A stretch of 64,000 nt of DNA, taken from positions 15,376,576 through 15,440,575 of the forward strand of contig OZ316896.1 in assembly GCA_973895155.1 (NCBI GenBank). Reading direction: 5' to 3'. Shown one piece after another: positions 32,848-41,892 of this stretch; the stretch's first letter is position 1; every line of letters starts with the position of its first letter. Below the pieces are notes generated by a model. It was not told the DNA's origin and did not search any database. It saw only the letters and a program-made list of their open reading frames with translations. The stretch is from Marsupella aquatica. Lineage: Eukaryota; Plantae; Marchantiophyta. Position numbers and translations under genes: made by a program.

Positions 32848-35496
32848 ATGTCGCACACGATCCTCTCCAGCTCGGCCATTCGATTCTGGACGCAGTTCCT
32901 ATCTACCGGAAGGCATTTGGCCGATTCATTGAAACACGCCAACCCGCGCCGATACGAGATCGAACACGAATACGAGAGAGCCATCCGCCTAGCAGGACGA
33001 CACCACTACGTCCTTAACTTTGACTACCCGTCTCAGAGCGAGCTTTACCGACCAGCTGAGGTATCTGGGTACTTCTTCAACGGAGACAAATATATCGGGT
33101 TCTGGGAAGCATTGCTTCGGCTTCCGGACGAGGTCTTCAATATCCCGGGTACAATCGACCTACAGCGACATCACTTCGACCACATCCCTGCCCAGGTTCG
33201 GGCTGTCATTAACGGCGAGTCCAGTACCAACCGTTCGACAACGGCGTCCGCACTCGCTTCGGAGAACTTCTACCAGCACCTGCAGAGCTTCATGGGAACT
33301 CGGCCATCAACCAACATGACCAACTCAGCCGGACCTGTACCCGTACCCGTGCCCATGCAACCCCAGCCTCAACTTCAGCTTCAGCCTCAGCCGCAGCCTA
33401 GCCAAACCCCACCACCTATCACCCAGCCAGCACAGGTACGCTCCGTCATCAACGCTGTGGATCTTAGCGATGACGACGAGGCTACCCCACCCTTGACCAG
33501 GCGGCCCAGAGGAACAAGCGCGCGGGGGGCCGACACTATATCGTCCCCACCCCCTGCTCTGACCCCAGGAGCGGCCCCAGCAGACAACATGGTGACCGTG
33601 GCCGCCCCGGGCCCGTTACCAACCGCAGTGGCACTCCCCAGGCCCGATCGGGAGGATGGGGAAGTATCACCTTCCCCGAGTCAGTCACGGGGAAAGAAGA
33701 GGAAGGAATCCGCCACTGCATCCGGGTTACCGTTGGCCACGGTAGCCGTAGCCAAGGTGACGATGCATCGCATGGGGGAAAACGTTCACAGCAACATCCT
33801 CCATCCCAAGCATGCGGTGTACCTGAAGACTCAGGGATTTGAGCACCTCGCCTCTCTCCCCTGGAACACTTGCAGGTACTATGGGGAGGACATGACAGAA
33901 TTCGTCAAGAATTATGACGACGTACGTCAACAGACTCGGCTGCGGGGAAGGAATATGTCCCTCACAGAAGAACGGCTCAAGATGATCTTCGGGTTACCCG
34001 AAGGTGATCATCGAGTCGAATCACGGGCTCCCGGGGGCAAGGGGGCCAAGTACCAATCTTCAAGTTTTCCCTCAGAGGGATCAGTAGACAACGGGTTCGT
34101 GATGAGGACCTGCCTCATGCCCGAGATAGCTGAGCGGCTGGAGTTCCAGAGGTACGCTCTCCACATGATGGAACCCCGGGGGGAGATCTCCGCCGCCCAG
34201 GTTATCCAGGTCGAGAACTATCGACCTAGGAAATTAAATGGGCGTCGTACTTCGCTAAGAAATTCCATGAAGAGATGGAGCAGCGAAGGAAGACGCTGTA
34301 CATTGGCGGGAAGGCGTATTTCGCTAGCCACATCGAAATCATTCTTGAGTGGTACGCCCGGTTTGATCGACGAACCCTTCCCCCGCATCAACGTTACAAA
34401 GCTGGTCCCAGCTAGGTGGGTTTTTCTGGCATTTGAGAGACGGCCCCAACCCGAGGCCCGAAGTCCAGTGGACACGCTAGCTTCACCCACCCCACCTCCA
34501 CAAATAGCTGTAATCATAACCGAGGAGGCGCCGAAGGGGTCGGTCGTCGCAACCGTTGATGCGACCCAACTAGCCGGGCTAAGTACAGAAGTTGGTACGG
34601 CAGAGGTCTTACCCGAACCCGGGTCTCCCAAGGACCCGCCGGTGGCAATTCCGGAGAACCGGACATCGCTGCAGGAGGACACTCCAGCCCCTTCCAACGT
34701 TATGTCCCCAGGGCTGGACGTCACTGCCCCGGCCCCTGCGCGTGTTGATGTCTGCCCGTGCCCAAATCCGGACAGGCACAACTTGGACCACCCGGAACTC
34801 TTCGTACAGGGTACGTTTCTGAACGGGCTTCTGGGAGATTTCTCTCATCAAATTGCCCGGGATACCGGGGAGTTCATGGCCCGGAAGGTAGCCTGTTTCT
34901 TCAATCAGGAGTTGGTTGCCGCCGTAAAGGCAGGTCGGGCCCAGTCGGAGGCCCTTCAGAGGATAGAGCGGTACCGGGTGGAGTCCGTGTACCTAAAGAA
35001 TGAAGTGGCGGCTCAAGAGGCTGAGCTTCTGCAACTACGACCCAAGGTTGCAGCCGCCGATGAGTTGTTAGCAAAGGCGTACGCTCTTACCGCCCTAGCC
35101 GAACAGGCCAAAGCTAGGAACGAGGCCGACATTACACGACTCCGGAACCAGATTGATAGTTTGAAGAAACAAGCTGTCACCTGGCAGAAAGACCTGGAGG
35201 AGGCCGAGGAGCGAGCCCAGCGGGACGCGACGGAGATAGCCACGCTGCAGGCCGAGATGGCGCGGCTCCAAACCGAGGCCGAGAAGCAGGACCAGCTGGC
35301 GAGTAAACTGACGAGCGATGCCCAGCAGCTGGAGGAGGCATGTCAGGAGGCAGCAGGGGAGACGGACGCGGCGAGGCGAGAGAACGAATCTCTGCTAGAC
35401 CAGGTCCAGCTCCTCAAAGCGGACAATGACAGGCTTCGAAGGCAGCGGGATGGCCGTTCCCATTCGGGCGGCTCTGGCAAGCGTGCCAGGCATTAG
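32848..35496 (+). CDS. LTR-encoded protein, 882 aa (N-terminal domain, Pro-rich linker, plant transposon-protein-like domain, coiled coil)
   Basis: Open ORF. Its core GFEHLASLPW..MTEFVKNY..LRGRNMSLTEERLKMIFGLP..DNGFVMRTC..RGEISAAQV aligns with GLEAFVRLPW..LLEFVGSW..IYGKDFYLTPKVIAEVFGLP..KNGFFRNTC..RAEIGKAQV of the 4.65-kb LTR. Confidence 0.8.
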   Translation: MSHTILSSSAIRFWTQFLSTGRHLADSLKHANPRRYEIEHEYERAIRLAGRHHYVLNFDYPSQSELYRPAEVSGYFFNGDKYIGFWEALLRLPDEVFNIPGTIDLQRHHFDHIPAQVRAVINGESSTNRSTTASALASENFYQHLQSFMGTRPSTNMTNSAGPVPVPVPMQPQPQLQLQPQPQPSQTPPPITQPAQVRSVINAVDLSDDDEATPPLTRRPRGTSARGADTISSPPPALTPGAAPADNMVTVAAPGPLPTAVALPRPDREDGEVSPSPSQSRGKKRKESATASGLPLATVAVAKVTMHRMGENVHSNILHPKHAVYLKTQGFEHLASLPWNTCRYYGEDMTEFVKNYDDVRQQTRLRGRNMSLTEERLKMIFGLPEGDHRVESRAPGGKGAKYQSSSFPSEGSVDNGFVMRTCLMPEIAERLEFQRYALHMMEPRGEISAAQVIQVENYRPRKLNGRRTSLRNSMKRWSSEGRRCTLAGRRISLATSKSFLSGTPGLIDEPFPRINVTKLVPARWVFLAFERRPQPEARSPVDTLASPTPPPQIAVIITEEAPKGSVVATVDATQLAGLSTEVGTAEVLPEPGSPKDPPVAIPENRTSLQEDTPAPSNVMSPGLDVTAPAPARVDVCPCPNPDRHNLDHPELFVQGTFLNGLLGDFSHQIARDTGEFMARKVACFFNQELVAAVKAGRAQSEALQRIERYRVESVYLKNEVAAQEAELLQLRPKVAAADELLAKAYALTALAEQAKARNEADITRLRNQIDSLKKQAVTWQKDLEEAEERAQRDATEIATLQAEMARLQTEAEKQDQLASKLTSDAQQLEEACQEAAGETDAARRENESLLDQVQLLKADNDRLRRQRDGRSHSGGSGKRARH

Positions 35497-35711
35497 CGGC
35501 GGAGTAGGAATAGATTAGGATTAGGATTGGCTTAGTCAGGCTCTTGGGACAGGCACCTGCCTTAGGTACAGCAGCGCTGCCCTGCTGTCCAGCCTGCGTA
35601 GATTAGGATCTTCTAATAAGACACAGCCGTTTTCCGGCCTGACTGTCAGCTTAGTTAGGACCTTAGTCAGCGAATCTTCGGTGAGAGGACACCTCGTTCC
35701 TCGGCTCTTAG

Positions 35712-35750
35712 TATTTAGTGCACCCCTCGGTAGAGGCAAGGGGGGGGGTT
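35712..35750 (+). promoter_or_regulatory. putative LTR core promoter (TATA-like plus GGTAGAGGCA-G run)
   Basis: The same arrangement occurs at 31254-31292 (+) and 28052-28086 (-). Confidence 0.45.
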
Positions 35751-36712
35751 TTTAGTTTCAGAGTCGGACATCCGCGGGACATGCGGGGAGTCCCGACCTC
35801 TGGGAATGACAGAGTACCAAGGGGAGGGGGTAGGACTAAGCTCGCCGGGCGAGTGCGGAGCCGGGCTCCATTGTAGTGTGCACCCTCGGCCTTGAACCTG
35901 TGCATTCCAGGGCTATCGTGTCAACTAAGTGTACGCATATGTTCCCTTTGTAGTAAAATCCTTTCCCATCATTTTCCTTCGTGTAAATCGAGATTGTATG
36001 CATGTGTGCGCATATGTGTGTGGGTTTCTCGTATATGGGTGGCAGCGCCAGGCCGAACGCACTACCCGAGACGTGCACAGGGTGCAGCCTGCGGGTAAGT
36101 GGTTGCGAGCACGGGTTGAGGACCTGTATCATCGAATCCGGATCGAAGGCGGACAGCACGAAGGCTTAGAAGCCCTTAAGCCGGGGTCGATCCTGCTATC
36201 GACTAAGGTACGTTCCGGCGGCGGAACACAAACCATACCTAGGAGGTGTTCGTATTTAGCAGTATGCGCACTTAGCGCTAGTTTACGAGAATAAGGTGCA
36301 TTACGTGCTTCCCTTCCTGCCCGAACCCTCAGATTTACGAGGGATGTGCCCGTCTAAGCTGAAGTCTGAGTTAAGGCCGAAGCCTACGACGTGACAATAT
36401 GTATAGACCTATGCGCACCATAGCGCTAGGCCCTGTGTGTACGGGCCCGATATGAAGACCCCTTCTCACCAGAACTATCATGAGCGCAGATCTGATCCCC
36501 AACCTTGGTTCCTTGGGATTGAGCTTGGGTGATGTGTGATAGAGTCTTGCTATGATAGTCTGGTGTTAAGGGCATAAACTGGTGTTTACCGGCATTCACA
36601 ACATCCCTTCGTGATCCTCAGGTACAAGGAGATGGTTTTGGCACCCATAGTGACGTTTTTGGTGTTAAGACCCATGTCAATCGCGTGACAGAGAGTGGTT
36701 GTAAGTTGAGGA

Positions 36713-38900
36713 CGAGGTGCTGTAACTCGGTATCCCGGTCCGAGGCTTCATTCAAGAGTTTGGTTACCTCGACCCGATACCGCTCAATCTTTGTTGTGGC
36801 TTCAGCCTGGGCCCGTCCGGCGTTCACCGCTGCCACCAGCTCTGTGCTGAAGAAATAGGCCACCTTGCGGGCCATGAACTCCCCCATTTCCCGACTAATT
36901 TGCTAGGAGAAGTCCCCCAACAGCCCGTTCAAATATGTACCCGGTGCGAAGAGTTCCGGGTTTACTAAGTTGTGCCCACTCAGGTTTGGGCACGGGCAGA
37001 CCTCTACTCGGGAAGAGGCCGGGATGGTCACGTCTAGCTCGGAGGCAGGGTGGCTAGCAAGGCTGAGGCGTCCAGCCAGAGGCGGGGCCAGAGTGTCTAT
37101 TGGCGTTGGTGCCAGGGTTGGTGCGGATGGCATCGCGGTTCCCTCTGCACTGATGGCCGCAGCCATGGGGCCGACTTCCTCTTGCTCAATGGTTGCTGCG
37201 CGGGCTTGGTTTAGGGTCTCTAGGGTTGCAATCACCGCTGAGTCTGGCACCAGCAAAGGTGCCTCAATGGCCTGTGGTGGGGCCAGGGTGGGCGCTACTG
37301 GTGTTGGGGCCCGAGATTCGGGTTGCGGCCGTCGCTCCAGCGCTGGGAAGACCCATCGAGACGGTATGAGCTTGGGCTTATTGAGCCGTGGAAGGGTTCG
37401 GCGATCAAAGCGGGCATACCACTTGATGATAATCTTGATGTGGCTTGCAAGGTACACCTTCCCTCCGAGGTACAGGGTCTTCCTTTTGTGCTCCATCTCC
37501 TCGTGGAACTTCTTGACAAAGAAGGAGGCCCACTTTCTAGGCCGATAGTTCTCGACTTGGATGACCTGGGCGGCGGATATCTTGCCCCGTGGCTCCATCA
37601 TGTGGAGGGCGTACTGCTGGAATTCCAGCCGCTCTGCAATCTTTGGTATGAGTCACGTCCTCATCAGGAAGCCATTGTCCACCGAACCCTTGGGTGGGAA
37701 GCTCAAGGATCGGTACTTTGCTCCCTTGCCTCCTGGGGCCCTTGGTTCCACCCGGTTCTGCCCCTTGGGTAGGCGAAAAATGAGTGTAAGCCGCTCCTCA
37801 TTCAAAGACATTACTCGTCCGTACGCACGGGTCTGTTGTCGGGCCTCGTCAAAGTTCTGGATGAACTCTGTCATATCTTCCCCGTAGTACCTGCAAGTAT
37901 TCCAAGGGAGGGCGGCAAGATGTTTGAACCCTTGGGTCTTCAGATATGCTGCATGCTTCTGATGGAGGATGTTCTTGTGAACATTCTCCCCCATGCAATG
38001 CATGGTCAATTTGACCATGGCTACGGCAACCACGGGTAGACCGGATACTGCAGCCGGTTCCTTCCTCTTTTGTCCCCGAGAGTTGTTCCCCGGGATGGCT
38101 CGTAGAAGGGGACATCTCCCCATCCTCCCTATCCGGTAGGGATAGCATGACCACAGTCGAAACAGGTGTCGAGGCCGCCATGGTCACCGTGTTGTCTATC
38201 GGGGCCATTTCTTGGGTCCGGGTTTGTGTGGGTGGTGATGTATTACCCGACCCATGTTGGTGTGCCCCCGGTGGCCTCCGGACAAGAGGAGGATGAGTTT
38301 CCTCATCCTTGGAACTGATGTTCACTGCGTTCACCATGGATCGTACCCGGAGGGGTGGTGCGGCTGGTGGTGGAGATCGGCTTGGCCGAGACCAAGGTGG
38401 TGTCTGTGAAGGTGCCGATGAGTCGACAATGGTTGTAGCTCGGGGAGGCGCCATTGGATTCAGCAAGTCTGAGGGGAAGTTGAGTGATGTCAGGACAAGC
38501 GACTCGCCCGTATTCGTACTACCAAATTGATAGTTTTTATGAAAGCCTGAACCTTGGCGGGGATATGGTTGAAGTGGTGCCGTTGCAAGTCTATCATGCC
38601 CGGAATTGTGAAGACCTCGCCTGGAAGCCGAAAGAGCGCTTCTCTGAAGCCGAGGTACTTTGTATCGTCAAAGAAGAATTTGACGATCTCGTCATCTCGA
38701 CAGAACTTGCTTTGGAAAGGGAGGCTGAAGTCGCCGTTGTAGTGAGAGCGCCCGACTAGGCGGATGAGTCGTTCATACTGTCTTTCGGTTTTGTACCGAT
38801 GCGGGTTGAATTCGGCAAGCGACTTCGCTAGATGATTTCCAATGGATAGAAATTGAAGCCAAAAGCGAAGGGCCAAACTGGACATAATCATGACAGACAT
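36713..38900 (-). pseudogene. N-terminal and central part of a decayed LTR-borne ORF
   Basis: Fragments 38490..38900, 37849..38466, 37653..38123, 36903..37601 and 36618..36887 align in order to the 882-aa ORF (RFWxQFLS, HPKHAxYLKTQGF, DNGFxMRT). Confidence 0.85.
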
Positions 38901-39373
38901 ACAGGTACCGGCAATGGATGACTAAGGAGAAACTGGGCAAGCTGGGGTCAAAGTTGGTGCAAGGAGTGAATTGCCGATGCAACACAAGAGAATATATGGC
39001 GTGCCTTTTATACCCTAAGGGCTCGTCGGCTGGTCGGCCCCTCCTCTTTTCTGACAGGCCGATTCTTTCACGCTTGCAATGTACGGACCACTCCGCAGGT
39101 CTGGATCAGGGCGTGTCAGAGAGCCGCCCCCTCGATCTGTTATACGGACCCAAGGGAGACGTTCATACCACGCTCGTAACTCGGCGGTACGGGTGGCGCT
39201 CCGCTGTCAACCTGAGCGTAAATGCTTCTTATTGACTAATGATGTCCTAGTCATGATTACTACCTACTTTAGTGTCGTTATGCTAATAACTACGGACTAC
39301 TAAGTCCGTAGCGCGCGTGCTAAGCACGGATGAGGTCGGATTACTCATTACCCGCCGTGCTGGCGGCGTCACA

Positions 39374-40032
39374 GGTAGTAATCACCAAAAAGCTTGCAGC
39401 ATGAAGCATCAAATGCATTCAGGCACAGATCTGTGTATTCTGTAACTCTGGCAATCTCATTATTACCAGTCATGATGTGGGTTGGAGAAGCCGGTTGAAT
39501 GATTTCGCAATCACTGTCTTCAATGTCTGCATTGTCGTCTGAGGCATCTATGCTGATTGTAATTCCAAAATTGTGAAAACCTGACGTGACTCTAGCGGGT
39601 GGAGCCACGTTGGCTCGTTCACCAAGAATGCTATGCATCCGATCAAAATGTGGACACATCTTGTCCAATTTCCCCTCAATCGTCATTCCAATCACGATTT
39701 CCTCCTCAGTCAATCCACCCCCGCTCTGATTCTTCACTAACAATGCCTTCCGATACATCTCCTGATATCTACCATATCACTTGCCCAGATTTGCTCCATC
39801 CATAGCTGGAAATCCATGTTGAGCTAAGATGACGGCCATAGATGCAAAAAGCCGTCTTGTTGTTGTGATACTTGGCCCCTATCCGAGTTTTCCTGCCTGA
39901 TCCATGGATTGCATCGGAGTGCTCGGGAACCTCAATATTATCAAGAATCTTTGAATAATCATCATACTTCAATTTCATGCAGCTGCTCCCAGGAACTCTA
40001 GACATTGAGCTTCTCAATGTCGTTTGTGACAT
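39374..40032 (-). pseudogene. Myb/SANT-like ORF remnant, possibly from a PIF/Harbinger transposon
   Basis: SGGGLTEEE...TIEGKLDKMCPHFDRMHSILGERANVAPP resembles the C-terminal motif of Harbinger Myb/SANT-like proteins. Frameshifted and cut by the LTR at 39373. Confidence 0.5.
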
Positions 40033-41317
40033 TTCGCCTTCAATTAGAGTTGCTGGTTGAACAGGACGTGGAGAAATAAAAGCCCTAGTTGGAGCTCTAT
40101 GATACTAAGAATTTGTGGGAGACTGAGGTGACTTCTGAGGGTTTGCATTCAGGTCATGCATTTCCATAGAGCATTGAGGAGAAAGAGGAGAGTAGGAATT
40201 GATGTGCTCCATGTTTGAGTCTTGAGATGGAGTGCAATAATAGAAGAGGGAAGAGTGCGACTTCGTTTTTCCCTGGCTTGCAAGTGCCTACTGTTTTAGT
40301 GGTTCTTCAGGTTGTAGCCCATCCCTTGAGGTTCATTTAAAAACAATCGGGGCCCTATACATATTACCATTTTAGTGGTTCTTCAGGTTGTTGCCCATCC
40401 CTTGAGGTTCGTTCCAAAACGGACCCTATACCCTGTTCATTCCATTAATAGTGCAGTATGGACAATGATGGCAGACCCTCTCAAAATTCTCCCGCCCCCC
40501 TTGCGTAGAGTCCATACGCTAAGTGGACTGCAGTCGTTGGAATGGTCTTGTGTTTTGGAATTTTTCTCTGGTTCCTATGTTTTGGCTGTGTCGAAAATTC
40601 ACGAAATGCCCACGATTGTTGTCCGGCAGTGGACTTCACGGGTTCACATATTTTCCACACGTTGAATCTCTGTAGTAGACTTTCCATTTCAGCTTGTGAC
40701 AATGTCGCCGATGTGGGATTGTCGCTGAGTATTCGTGAAGTCTCAAAGGGTGACTTTCGACGGAGTGATTGTCATGATCCTGAAATCAATATGCTCTGCA
40801 AGCGATTCTCTTCAGTTACTTTTGCTCGTGAAGCTGGCAAACCCACATGCAGCAATTTCTAATATACGAGGGGTTTGGCCACATACTTAGCCTAAGTCGT
40901 ACGAGTAGCTTAGAAGAGCCCTTTGAATTTCTAGGGGCAAACTGGCATGTTTGGAAATTGTGTTCTTATTGGAAGGGTTGGTCGTCATTGGTATAATTAT
41001 TAAGTCCACTTCCCGGACAATCCTTTATTTTTTCTAGTGTGTGTCGGTGTGCATCCTGCCTTTGATTCAGGTGCAGAAATAGCTCGACAGCTTTCCACGT
41101 TGTCACCGATCCCAAGTGTATACTCGTTTCATTGGACCTAGGGCCTCTTCCCGTGTGACTGACCTAGCTTAGATTGGACGTATTGCCAATTGGAGCAAGA
41201 GTGTTAGTCCCGTCCGACTTTTGTTGTCGAGGTCATTAACAAGCTTCGGGCTCTAGTATGCTTCGGGCTCTAGTGGGCGTCATCCCGGCCCCGTTTGGGC
41301 GGACCGTCATCCGTCAA

Positions 41318-41786
41318 TCTGGATTCGTATGCTTTGTTGATGATTTTGCCGAACCCTCCTCCACCTTTACACCAGCTGATCCACTCTGCCCTCCACTGCG
41401 GGGTGCTCCTTCTGGTCCATTCCTACTCGAACTCGTTGCAGCTGCTTTAGTTGCTGTCTGGACAGTACTTTGGGGAGGATGCGCCACTGCTGGTTTCAAG
41501 TCTACTCCGGCATTGTGAGAAGAGGGCTTTGGTGTTGATGATACCGCACGGGGTTGTTCTACTTTTACTTGATTGGATGCGACCTTTTCAGTGCGAGCAG
41601 GGACCGGATCTGAGACGGGAACACTTGGGGGCAACGGCACTGATGTGGATTTCTCGGAAGTGCTAGTCACTATCTCTACCGGCGGCCCTACACCTGTTGC
41701 AGGGCCTGGTAAAGAAGACAGCTCAGTGACGATAGAGGAATTCTGAGGTCCGGAAGAGTTCACAAGAGGGACAGGTTTGGCTGGTG
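41318..41786 (-). repeat. 469-bp duplicate of a THO2 exon interior (source 47934-48402)
   Basis: About 10 substitutions and no indel seen. It forms most of the chimeric ORF 41314..41856. Confidence 0.92.
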
Positions 41787-41892
41787 TTCCTCGTAGGGCT
41801 AGTTCAATAAAATTTCGCAACATTGGTTCGAACATTGGTTCGGGGATACTGATCACACGAGTCGAGAGTGAGCATCATCTACGGTGTGCAAA

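Larger units (their letters stand above)
32382..36396 (+). mobile_element. solo LTR, 4015 bp, carrying a long ORF
   Basis: TGTGACGCC...CGTGACA termini with 5-bp TSD ATATG (32377-81 and 36397-401). No gag or pol. Confidence 0.9.
30239..36690 (+). mobile_element. solo LTR (~2.43 kb excluding the nested insert), no long ORF
   Basis: TGTGACGCC...CGTGACA termini with 5-bp TSD GAGAG (30234-38 and 36691-95). Confidence 0.88.
28761..36712. other. unclassified ~1.5-kb insertion (own sequence 28761-30238 plus 36696-36712) interrupting the LTR ORF; hosts two nested solo LTRs
   Basis: No homology to the flanking ORF; cgag at both junctions (28757-60 and 36713-16); fragmentary minus-strand ORFs. Confidence 0.5.
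27559..39373 (-). mobile_element. older ORF-bearing LTR (relative of 32382-36396), split by nested insertions and truncated at its 3' end
   Basis: Starts TGTGACGCCGCC at 39373 (minus). Collinear homology to 32382-36240 lies in 39373-36713 and 28760-27559. Confidence 0.85.

Noticed and set aside
20781-36690. LTR copies at 20781 and 30239 as the paired LTRs of the DNMT element
   Set aside because: The 30239-36690 copy has its own TSD (GAGAG) on both sides, so it is a solo LTR. The DNMT element has a separate PPT and LTR-like segment at 26416.
40375-40862. Short ORFs between the Myb-like remnant and the THO2 copy
   Set aside because: No recognisable domain; I cannot support a gene call.
41240-41280. 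Tandem gcttcgggctctagt as a Helitron 3' end explaining the THO2 capture
   Set aside because: CTAG is present, but I found no convincing hairpin or matching 5' TC end.
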